Assembly (NCBI GenBank): GCA_016176525.1
Contig: JACOWZ010000003.1
Span: 603,925 to 644,793 of the forward strand
Reading direction: 5' to 3'
Source: Candidatus Colwellbacteria bacterium
Lineage (GTDB): Bacteria > Patescibacteriota > Minisyncoccia > UBA6257 > Colwellbacteraceae
DNA: 40,869 nucleotides
Shown here: piece by piece, positions 1 through 7,624 of the stretch
Position numbering within the stretch: the first letter of the stretch is position 1
Layout of the letters: the number at the start of each line of letters is the position of its first letter
The notes under the pieces: model-generated
Database searches by the model: none
The model's input: only the letters and a program-made list of their open reading frames with translations
What the model was told of the DNA's origin: nothing
Position numbers and translations under genes: made by a program

Positions 1-759
1 CTCTGGAATAAGCATGTGGATTGGGCCGATCTTTTCGCGCTCTTTCTCTTCTACGTGCTAACAGCCACCGGCGTGGGCATCGGTTTTCACCGCATGCTCA
101 CACACAAGAGCTTTGAAGCTCCCGCGCCAGTAAGGTTTTTATTTCTGGCGTTTGGCAGTATGGCTCTGGAAGGTCCGGCAATAGAATGGGCAGCAACACA
201 CAACAAACACCATGCAAAAAGCGACAAAGAAGGCGACCCACACAGCCCACTGGAAGGATTCTGGCATGCACACCTTGGCTGGCTATTCCGAGACCGCTTT
301 ATAAGAAGCGGAGTCTGGGCAAAGCCATACGAGAATGACCGGACAGCGCGAATAGCGGACAAAACATTCGCCTTTTGGGCAGTGCTTGGCTTTATCCTGC
401 CGGGACTTTTAACCCTGTGGATTGGCTCCGGTTTCTGGAGCGGGGTGCTCTGGGGCGGATTGGTGCGCATTTTCCTTGTGCACCACATTACGTGGTCCGT
501 AAATTCAGTCTGCCACACATTCGGCCGGCGAGTGTTCCGTTCCAACGACCGAAGCCGCAACGAGTGGATAATCGGTATTTTGGGCCTTGGCGAAGGATGG
601 CACAACAACCATCACGCTTTCCCGAAAGCCGCATACCATGGAATGCGCTGGTGGCAGTTTGATCTAAACGGCTATGTAATCCGCCTGCTAAAATGGCTGC
701 GCCTTGTGCGAAATGTATGGATGCCCAAACGAGAAGACATCCAAAAGCGCTTAATTTAG
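1..759 (+). CDS. Membrane acyl-CoA/acyl-lipid delta-9-type fatty acid desaturase (5'-truncated by the window edge)
   Basis: His boxes HRMLTH, HNKHH and HNNHH, plus GDPHSP, NSVCH and GEGWHNNHH motifs and hydrophobic segments. The frame is open from position 1. Confidence 0.92.
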   Translation, partial: LWNKHVDWADLFALFLFYVLTATGVGIGFHRMLTHKSFEAPAPVRFLFLAFGSMALEGPAIEWAATHNKHHAKSDKEGDPHSPLEGFWHAHLGWLFRDRFIRSGVWAKPYENDRTARIADKTFAFWAVLGFILPGLLTLWIGSGFWSGVLWGGLVRIFLVHHITWSVNSVCHTFGRRVFRSNDRSRNEWIIGILGLGEGWHNNHHAFPKAAYHGMRWWQFDLNGYVIRLLKWLRLVRNVWMPKREDIQKRLI

Positions 760-3656
760 GCGCTTTTTTTATTCATACCCCTTAATCTGCAAAATTCACA
801 TTTCTTATCACCACAATTTTTGTTCCAGAATTTCAAGCCAAAAATCTCATCAGCAACTCTTTTTATCAGTTTTTGTAAATCCCAAATTTCGTCATCTCCA
901 ATCTCAAATTTCTCTTTCTTATATCTCCCTTTTTTATCCGGCTCAATAAAATCTATAACGCCAACTTTCATTTTGTATTTGCCGTACAAATTTAAAAGCA
1001 GATTATAAAACACAAGCTGACGTTTGTAATTACCTTCTGACAGTCTAGTTTTACCCTCTATAGAATTGCGCGATTTTGGCTGGGCAGTTTTGTAGTCAAC
1101 AACCGCAACCTCATTTTTGGAGTTTAACACATCAACTCTGTCTAGCTTACCGGTTAACTTTATTCCATCTAAACTTACGCCCTCTACTTTAAATTCGTTT
1201 AAGAACTTCTCTGGAAAAGACTTTTTATACGCGTCGTGCCAGCCGCGAAGCGCCCGCTCGCCTTTTTGCATAGACTCTTTAAAATCCTGCGAATTTAATG
1301 GCTCGTGCTCCAGATTTTTACGTAAAGCGCTAAGTAAAAACTTTTTGTCGGCTTTCTTCCCCTTCTTGCATGCCTCAAAAAAATCCTTTAACGCAGCATG
1401 CACCGCAATGCCATACATTTGCGTTTTTTGCAGTGCAGTAGGCACACGCAACAGGTTGTTATAAAAATATTTCCACGGGCATTCAAGGTAATTATTAAGC
1501 GCAGTAACAGATAAACCATACTCTTTAAACAAGTTGTTTAAATATTCTTTATCTTTCACCCCAGGTTTTTTGCTCTTTACTGGTTTCCAGATTTTATGCC
1601 TTTCTTTACGAAACTTCTCTTCGTAAGAGCGCGTGTCGTGCGCCTTAATAAGATGCTTACTGATTTCTTCTATAAACTGGCTTGGCAGGCGATGCGAACC
1701 GTCCGTGCTTTTTGATGAATAAGTTATACTAATAGACTTTTTTGCCCTAGTTAGCGCAACATAGAAGAGCCTACGCTCGTCGTCATTTGTGCCGGTTGCG
1801 CTGCCGAGTGCCGCAGGCAGTTTAATTGCAACAGGCGCTCTACGGTTGCCAAAATGGCCGTCGTAGGCGTGGGTAATATATACATAATCAAACTCTCTGC
1901 CTTTGGAGCGATGCGCGGTCATAATGCGGACTTTCTCAGAAAAAACAGATGCAACAGGAAAACTGCGTTTTATTGCTATATTGTGGTTTTGCATCAAGTC
2001 TATGTAGTCTAAGAATGTTTTAAGGCCTGCATCGCGGTGGTTTTCTACCAAGGTTTTAACTTCGTTAAACAGCACATTTAATTTATCCAGTTTAGAAATT
2101 GAATCTGGGGTGTTGATAATGTAATCAAGAAATCCAGATGTGTTAACAACATCTTCAAATAAATCTATAAGGCCTATGTTTTTGCTGCGGCTATGCCAGC
2201 GGGATAGTTGGTTATAAAGTTTTGCAATTTGTGCAGACTTTGAATTGCCTAATAACTCCAGTAAACCGCCTGACCTTTTTCTTGCTTTCAAGAGCATATA
2301 AATATCTGCGCTCTTAACGCCTAAAAAGTCTAAATGTAGAAAATTAAGCAAGTGTTCATCTTCACCAAAATTTTCTATGGTTCTAAAAATAGTTATTAAC
2401 TTTGAAATATCTATATCTTCTAAAATATTTTCTTCGGACTCTACTTCAAATGGAATATTGTACTTGCCTAAATAACGCGCAAGCGGAAAAGCATCTTTGT
2501 TATCTCTGTAGAATACTGCAATCTCCGATGGCGCGACTCCATTCTTTAATTTTGCTGCAATATCTTCTGTGATAAAAAAATATTCCGCTTCCGGCTCGGT
2601 AAACGCGTAGAGGTTTATGCTTTCGCCACCCTTCTTGTTTGCTTTAAGCCCGCTTTTTAAGAGAGAATCAGCAGCATCTAAAACCGTTTGCGTAGACCTA
2701 TAACTATTTGCCAAACGAATTACCTTCGCTCTTTTGTAAAGCTTAGTAAAATATAGAAAGTTGTTTAGTGATGCTCCCTGAAACCTAAATATAGCCTGCT
2801 TTTCGTCACCTACCATAAACACGTTAGGGTTGGAGTGAAAGCTTGCTAAAAGTTCCAGAACTTTGTTTTGCGCGTTGTTTGTATCTTGGTGTTCGTCAAC
2901 CAAAATGTATTGATTTTCTTCTTGTAGGCTTAAAAGCAGTTTTTTGTGGAGCGTGAGCGCACGGACGGTTTCTATAATCATATCGTCATAATCATAAAGA
3001 CGGTTTTTACTAAGTTCGCTCTCGTATATTTTGTAGAGCTTTAATAAATCTTTATTTTTACTTATCTCTTTTTCTGCCGCCAGTTTTTCGCCTTCGGAAA
3101 AAGTCTTTTTCTTGTGTTTCAACTCCATCTCAAAATTGCGTAACAATCTCGTAAAATCTTCTACACCAACATTTTCGCGCTTAAGTGCGCTTATACTAGC
3201 CAATATTGGACGCAGGTAATAAAACTTGTCGCCATATGGTTTTAGGCGCGAAAGCTCTGTAGAATCAATGGCATTTTTAAGAATTTTTATTGCATCTGCT
3301 TCGCTTAAATTCGCACCGCCTATAATTTGCGGGAACTCCTCTGGAAAACGCCTAATTATATCGTTGCAAAAGCCATGGAATGTAAATATTTTTACACGGT
3401 AGGCAGCGCTGCCGATAATCTCTAAAAGTCTTTTGCGCATTTCGTATGCCGCGACCTCTGTAAAGGTGAGTGCCAAAATATTTTGCGGAGCAGTGTCGGT
3501 TTTACGCAAAATGTTTGCAATACGCAGTGTGAGCACGGTGGTTTTGCCTGTGCCGGGGCCGGCAATTACCATAATTGGCCCCTCAATCGTATCAACCGCC
3601 TCTCTTTGCTCGGAATTAAGTGAATTATATGATTCCTTAAATTTTTGCGATGTCAT
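756..3656 (-). CDS. UvrD/PcrA-family SF1A helicase fused to a C-terminal PD-(D/E)XK (RecB/AddB-type) nuclease
   Basis: Helicase motifs AGPGTGKT, LVDEHQD, VGDEKQAIFRFQGA and EERRLFYVALTRA-like. Nuclease motifs GKLDRVD, VVDYKT and QLVFY. Cys pattern YLECP...CGDKKCEFC. Confidence 0.9.
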   Translation of the reverse strand: MTSQKFKESYNSLNSEQREAVDTIEGPIMVIAGPGTGKTTVLTLRIANILRKTDTAPQNILALTFTEVAAYEMRKRLLEIIGSAAYRVKIFTFHGFCNDIIRRFPEEFPQIIGGANLSEADAIKILKNAIDSTELSRLKPYGDKFYYLRPILASISALKRENVGVEDFTRLLRNFEMELKHKKKTFSEGEKLAAEKEISKNKDLLKLYKIYESELSKNRLYDYDDMIIETVRALTLHKKLLLSLQEENQYILVDEHQDTNNAQNKVLELLASFHSNPNVFMVGDEKQAIFRFQGASLNNFLYFTKLYKRAKVIRLANSYRSTQTVLDAADSLLKSGLKANKKGGESINLYAFTEPEAEYFFITEDIAAKLKNGVAPSEIAVFYRDNKDAFPLARYLGKYNIPFEVESEENILEDIDISKLITIFRTIENFGEDEHLLNFLHLDFLGVKSADIYMLLKARKRSGGLLELLGNSKSAQIAKLYNQLSRWHSRSKNIGLIDLFEDVVNTSGFLDYIINTPDSISKLDKLNVLFNEVKTLVENHRDAGLKTFLDYIDLMQNHNIAIKRSFPVASVFSEKVRIMTAHRSKGREFDYVYITHAYDGHFGNRRAPVAIKLPAALGSATGTNDDERRLFYVALTRAKKSISITYSSKSTDGSHRLPSQFIEEISKHLIKAHDTRSYEEKFRKERHKIWKPVKSKKPGVKDKEYLNNLFKEYGLSVTALNNYLECPWKYFYNNLLRVPTALQKTQMYGIAVHAALKDFFEACKKGKKADKKFLLSALRKNLEHEPLNSQDFKESMQKGERALRGWHDAYKKSFPEKFLNEFKVEGVSLDGIKLTGKLDRVDVLNSKNEVAVVDYKTAQPKSRNSIEGKTRLSEGNYKRQLVFYNLLLNLYGKYKMKVGVIDFIEPDKKGRYKKEKFEIGDDEIWDLQKLIKRVADEIFGLKFWNKNCGDKKCEFCRLRGMNKKSA

Positions 3657-3703
3657 TCAATGTATTGTATCGAAAAAGGCAATAAGAGAAAACTCTAGAA
3701 AAA

Positions 3704-3732
3704 TTGACGCATGAATAAATAAATGCTACTCT
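3704..3732 (+). promoter_or_regulatory. sigma70 promoter for the 3757 ORF
   Basis: TTGACG-17 nt-TACTCT with an extended -10 TG. Confidence 0.55.
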
Positions 3733-3756
3733 CCCGTCAGTACATAAGGGAGACAT

Positions 3757-4023
3757 ATGACACGCAAAAATTCGCCCCTAGGAAAAGAGTGGAATGCAAT
3801 GCTTAGAGCGCGAGATCAAGCGGACGCCGCGCTCGCCAAATTAGAGAAATCAATGCGCAATAATCCCAAAAAGGCTTTTGAGATTCTTCGCCGCCAGTTC
3901 CCGCGAATTGACCACATCCTGCGCAAAGAGAGGGTTGCCCTAGATAATTGGAAAACTCCAACATCTATGGTGATAGAAGCTTCATCTCTCAAATCCAGCA
4001 ATCCACTAGGAGAACAACCCTAG
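3757..4023 (+). CDS. Hypothetical 88-aa orphan protein
   Basis: ATG with SD-like AAGGGAG, own promoter upstream and terminator downstream. Confidence 0.65.
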   Translation: MTRKNSPLGKEWNAMLRARDQADAALAKLEKSMRNNPKKAFEILRRQFPRIDHILRKERVALDNWKTPTSMVIEASSLKSSNPLGEQP

Positions 4024-4028
4024 TCCCA

Positions 4029-4053
4029 AGCAGCCACTCGGCTGCTCTTTTTT
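4029..4053 (+). terminator. Intrinsic terminator
   Basis: AGCAGCC-actc-GGCTGCT followed by a T run. Confidence 0.7.
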
Positions 4054-4054
4054 A

Positions 4055-5062
4055 TTATCCATGTCGAATTTCTGTTACATCACCATCTTGAAAAATATAC
4101 TCCTTCCCTTCTAAACGCAGCCAGCCTTTTTGTTTGGCTTTTGCCCAGCCGCCAGCTTCCAGCAATTTATCTGATTGGATAACCTCAGCGCGAATAAATT
4201 TCTTTTCAAAATCAGTATGTATTACCCCAGCAGCTTGTGGGGCATATGTCCCGCGAGCAATAGTCCAAGCGCGAGTTTCGTCTTCCCCCGTCGTAAAAAA
4301 ACTTATAAGCCCTAAAACCTCATATGCTTTTTTAACAAGTTCATAAACGCCGGCATTACTTGCAAGATTAACAACCAAATAATCTGCGCCAAGTTCTTTT
4401 ATTTTATTTTTAAGTTCCTCACTTACATCTGTTGGTTCGCCGTTTAGTAAATAAATTTGTTTTTTCGCGGTCAAAAGGTTTAGCTCGTGTAAAATTTCGG
4501 CGCCAAGAAGTTCTTGCGGCAACGTAAAAAGCAGTTTGCCGGCTTCAAGCTCGCTTTTAATTTTATTTACAATTTCTAGGTCTTTAATTTTCTGTTTATC
4601 GCCAGTTCGAGCCTCCCCTTCTAACTTGCTTAAACGCTTTTCTATGGTTTCTAAGTCTTTAAGCTGGAGCTCTGAATTTATGGTTTCAATATCGCGCATT
4701 GGGTTAACGCTTGCATCAACATGAATAATCTCATCTGACTTAAAAACGCGCACAACCTGGACAATGGCCTGAGTTTCGCGGATATGACTTAAGAATTGGT
4801 TGCCGAGCCCCTCGCCTTTGTTTGCTCCTTTCACGAGCCCGGCGATATCATAAAACTCCACAACCGCAGGAATCACTTTTGCTGATTTATTCATCTCTGC
4901 AAGTTTACTTAGCCGCTCGTCCGGTACAGGCACAATACCAATATTTGGGTCAATAGTCGCAAACGGATAATTTGCGATAGTTATAGGGATATTAGTAAGT
5001 GCCTTAAAAAGCGTGGACTTACCCACGTTTGGCATACCAACTATGCCGATACTTAGTTTCAT
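4055..5062 (-). CDS. ychF: Ribosome-binding ATPase YchF
   Basis: GMPNVGKST, ANYPFATIDPN, DIAGLVKGA and a C-terminal TGS domain (AAGVIHTDF). Confidence 0.97.
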   Translation of the reverse strand: MKLSIGIVGMPNVGKSTLFKALTNIPITIANYPFATIDPNIGIVPVPDERLSKLAEMNKSAKVIPAVVEFYDIAGLVKGANKGEGLGNQFLSHIRETQAIVQVVRVFKSDEIIHVDASVNPMRDIETINSELQLKDLETIEKRLSKLEGEARTGDKQKIKDLEIVNKIKSELEAGKLLFTLPQELLGAEILHELNLLTAKKQIYLLNGEPTDVSEELKNKIKELGADYLVVNLASNAGVYELVKKAYEVLGLISFFTTGEDETRAWTIARGTYAPQAAGVIHTDFEKKFIRAEVIQSDKLLEAGGWAKAKQKGWLRLEGKEYIFQDGDVTEIRHG

Positions 5063-5094
5063 AGAATAAAGATATTACACTATCAATAGTTTTA

Positions 5095-5122
5095 TTGACA
5101 AATATACTAAATGTAGTATTAT
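5095..5122 (+). promoter_or_regulatory. sigma70 promoter for the 5163 ORF
   Basis: TTGACA-16 nt-TATTAT. Confidence 0.6.
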
Positions 5123-5162
5123 TTAAACATAGTTCTTTTCGAACTTTTTGGAGGAAAGGAAA

Positions 5163-5384
5163 GTGCAGAAGCAAATACAACAGATCGAGATCGGACAGGC
5201 CGGCAAGTTTGCTGGCAAAGGAAGGCAATGTGTTGAACATGGCCGACGAGTACAACCGACCGATAAAAAGGCGGAGCCACCTGAACAGCGGGGATGGTTG
5301 TTCCAAAAATTTGCACCTGAGCGCCTCTTCAAGTGCCCAACAGGGCATCTGGTAGGAGAAAGCAAAACGAAAATCGTTACCTAG
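5163..5384 (+). CDS. Hypothetical 73-aa protein with CxxH/CxxxH pairs (possible Zn finger)
   Basis: GTG start after GGAGGAAAGG SD. CVEH and CPTGH motifs. Own promoter and terminator. Confidence 0.65.
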   Translation: MQKQIQQIEIGQAGKFAGKGRQCVEHGRRVQPTDKKAEPPEQRGWLFQKFAPERLFKCPTGHLVGESKTKIVT

Positions 5385-5404
5385 ATAAGACTACACAACG
5401 AGTG

Positions 5405-5454
5405 CTAAGCATCACTCGTACAACAAAAACTGCTTATTTTTTTTATTTTATAAA
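5405..5454 (+). terminator. Terminator-like element, copy 1 of a direct repeat (copy 2 at 6028-6070)
   Basis: TAAGCA...TGCTTA plus T run. CAAAAACTGCTTATTTTTTT(T)ATTTTATAAA is shared with 6041-6070. Confidence 0.7.
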
Positions 5455-5476
5455 AAGCACACTATTGATAGTGCTA

Positions 5477-5505
5477 TTGACAAATATATTATTCTATGTT
5501 AAAAT
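5477..5505 (+). promoter_or_regulatory. sigma70 promoter for the 5619 ORF
   Basis: TTGACA-17 nt-TAAAAT with an extended -10 TG. Confidence 0.7.
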
Positions 5506-5529
5506 TAGATGTTCATTTAAAATTTAGAA

Positions 5530-5577
5530 ATAAGGCGAGTTCCCTGATTCTAATGGGAACCAGAGAACTCGCCTTAT
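5530..5577 (+). other. Strong 5'-UTR hairpin
   Basis: Perfect 13-bp stem ATAAGGCGAGTTC/GAACTCGCCTTAT with further inner pairing. Confidence 0.7.
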
Positions 5578-5618
5578 CGTTATGGTTTGGCGGGAAAATG
5601 AAAAAGAGGTATGTCGTT

Positions 5619-6005
5619 ATGGCAACCAAAGAAAAACTAGAGATCGTCGAAGGACCGAGCAAATGGGACCTAATCGTGGCACTCGGAGAGAAAGGCAAGC
5701 GAGTTCGCTTCACTCTGAAGAGTCTAGGCGGCCGCAAATATACGCCACCACCTCTATACGGCCCCTCCTTTCCGAAAGAGTTGGTCTCTCAGGGCGTAGA
5801 GATAACGGCAGAAGTATGGCTCCAGGGGCTCGAGACGGAAGATGGATCTCACGAAAGCTGGCTCATAAAGGGCCGTTTCGATAGCCGCCTCGAGATACAA
5901 GACGGTGGGCCAGCACACGAATTCGAAGGTTATTATCACAGCCGCACCCGAAAAGGCAACATAACTGTGATCTGCGATAAAAGCCGCGAACTAGCACCTC
6001 TATAA
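5619..6005 (+). CDS. Hypothetical 128-aa protein (GPSKWDL...EDGS...GYY..RTRKG motifs)
   Basis: ATG at 5619 after SD AAGAGGT. Own promoter and terminator. Confidence 0.75.
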   Translation: MATKEKLEIVEGPSKWDLIVALGEKGKRVRFTLKSLGGRKYTPPPLYGPSFPKELVSQGVEITAEVWLQGLETEDGSHESWLIKGRFDSRLEIQDGGPAHEFEGYYHSRTRKGNITVICDKSRELAPL

Positions 6006-6027
6006 GCCCAACTCATCCCAAAAAGTC

Positions 6028-6070
6028 CTAAGCATGACTTCAAAAACTGCTTATTTTTTTATTTTATAAA
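6028..6070 (+). terminator. Terminator-like element, copy 2, overlapping the uvrC stop codon
   Basis: CTAAGCATGACTTCAAAAACTGCTTATTTTTTTATTTTATAAA. Confidence 0.7.
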
Positions 6071-7270
6071 TCCCCTGCTTCGCAATGCTTTGTGGTAACC
6101 GACAGCAAACCTGTGCGCTTCGTCACGAACACGGATCAGTGTTTTTTTATCAACACTGGTCGGCACAACGCTGATAAATTCATTCTTCTTACGCTTTGCG
6201 CCTTTGGCAATGCCAATAACCGGAATTTTTATGCCGAATTCTTCTAAAATGGCTTTTGCGCCATTTACCTGTCCTTTGCCGCCATCAATTAAAATTATGT
6301 CCGGCGTCCCCCACTCTCTATGACTCATCCGGCGGCGGAGAACTTCTTTTATCATACCAACATCGTCTGATTGATGGATAGTTTTAATTTTAAATTTTTT
6401 ATATTGATTCCGCGCGGGTTTGTCGCCCAAAAACACAACCATTGAACCAACTGCATAGTCACCCGAGATGTTTGAGATATCGTAACCCTCTATTCTAGTT
6501 TGTAGTTTGTAGTGAGTAGTTGGTAGAGTAGAATCGCTGATCAGCGCGGTGTCTTGAATGTGTTTTAATGCGAAAATCTTGCCGCGGAGCTTTGCGGCTA
6601 TTTCAAACTCTTGCGCCCTAGCTGCCGCTTTCATCTCGCGCTCAAGGTTTTTGATAATTCGAGCTTTTTTGCCTTGGAACAGGAGCTTAATATTGCGGAT
6701 ATTTTTTAGATAATCAGCGCGATTTATCCCACCGATGCAAGTGCCGGGGCAAAGCCCGATTTGATAATCAAAGCACCCACGCACCTGTTTCCTATCAGAA
6801 AGGGTGCGGGGCAAGCCCACTCCTTTTTCGGGATGAACAGAAAATGGGAATATTTTGCGGATTATTCGTAGAGCTTCCCTGATTTGCGAAGCTGAAGTAA
6901 AAGGACCATAGATAGTTTTTAGAGTTTTACCACGAACTAGAAGTACACGCGGGAACTTCTCGAGTGTAATTTCTACATATAAGAAACTTTTGTCGTCTTT
7001 TTCTTTAATATTGTATGGCGGCTGATATTTTTTGATTAGCTCTGCTTCTAAAATAAGCGCCTCAAGTGCAGAGTCGGTTTTTTTATAGTCAATTTTTTTG
7101 ATTTCGCTAACCAACTTTTCAATACGGGAATCATGCGGCCTTAGAAAGTAACTAGAAACTCTGCGGCGTAAATTGCCTGCTTTTCCAACATAAAGAATCT
7201 TGTCGCGCGGGCTCTTCATCAGATAAACACCCGGCGTGTCTGGTAGATTTTTGTATAATTTATTCTCCAT
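6059..7270 (-). CDS. uvrC: Excinuclease ABC subunit C, short form without the C-terminal (HhH)2 domain
   Basis: GIY-YIG domain (PGVYLM, LYVGKA, ALILEAELIKKYQPPYN), UVR coiled coil, RNase H-like domain (IEGYDISN, IDGGKGQ, RDEAHRFA). Start moved to the ATG at 7270. Confidence 0.93.
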   Translation of the reverse strand: MENKLYKNLPDTPGVYLMKSPRDKILYVGKAGNLRRRVSSYFLRPHDSRIEKLVSEIKKIDYKKTDSALEALILEAELIKKYQPPYNIKEKDDKSFLYVEITLEKFPRVLLVRGKTLKTIYGPFTSASQIREALRIIRKIFPFSVHPEKGVGLPRTLSDRKQVRGCFDYQIGLCPGTCIGGINRADYLKNIRNIKLLFQGKKARIIKNLEREMKAAARAQEFEIAAKLRGKIFALKHIQDTALISDSTLPTTHYKLQTRIEGYDISNISGDYAVGSMVVFLGDKPARNQYKKFKIKTIHQSDDVGMIKEVLRRRMSHREWGTPDIILIDGGKGQVNGAKAILEEFGIKIPVIGIAKGAKRKKNEFISVVPTSVDKKTLIRVRDEAHRFAVGYHKALRSRGFIK

Positions 7271-7298
7271 TACTCTAAATATACTACTACAATAGATT

Positions 7299-7322
7299 AG
7301 GCCTCGATATGCATCGAGGCCT
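7299..7322 (-). terminator. Hairpin downstream of the 31-aa ORF
   Basis: AGGCCTCGAT-atgc-ATCGAGGCCT, a perfect 10-bp stem. No clear T tail. Confidence 0.55.
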
Positions 7323-7346
7323 TCATTTCTACGGGAAGAGATGCGC

Positions 7347-7442
7347 TCAGTCAGACTTGGAGCCAACGCGCTCGGTAAGCTCCCAGTCGTCCGCTACAAG
7401 GCGGACCCAGTTTCCTTCCATCACTGCTTTCTGTGCTTCCAT
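7347..7442 (-). CDS. Small 31-aa protein MEAQKAVMEGNWVRLVADDWELTERVGSKSD (not in the ORF track)
   Basis: Near-perfect SD AGGAGGTG, promoter TTGACA(7505-7500)-17 nt-TAACAT, downstream hairpin. Confidence 0.65.
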   Translation of the reverse strand: MEAQKAVMEGNWVRLVADDWELTERVGSKSD

Positions 7443-7514
7443 CCTTTCACCTCCTCTTCTTAGAGGATCTGCGCACATGTTAGCACAACAAATTAATTAT
7501 GTCAAATGTTTGCG

Positions 7515-7624
7515 AACCAAACCCATTGTGTCGAGAGTCATCTTCGGAGCCTGACGAGGCGAGAAAAAGGCGAAAATTCAGTAAGAATTTTACGCCGGTG
7601 ACTCGAGATACTGTGGGTTTGGTT
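7515..7624. repeat. 110-bp structured element with 11-bp terminal inverted repeats
   Basis: AACCAAACCCA/TGGGTTTGGTT ends, an inner GAGTCATC/GGTGACTC stem and two internal hairpins. Confidence 0.6.

Noticed and set aside
5076-6070. Classical integron cassette array
   Set aside because: No attC (RYYYAAC...GTTRRRY) structure or intI is present, and the genes have their own promoters.
7271-7366. N-terminal extensions in the ORF track (uvrC here; also mpg, greA, groES and the 5496 ORF)
   Set aside because: They run through terminators, promoters or neighbouring genes. Downstream ATGs match the family N-termini.
7550-7596. Hammerhead ribozyme (CTGACGA...GAAA)
   Set aside because: Core-like words are present, but stem II and stem I cannot pair properly.
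7515-7624. SRP (4.5S) RNA
   Set aside because: The size and long stem fit, but the conserved CAGG...GGAA...AGCAG helix-8 motif is absent on both strands.
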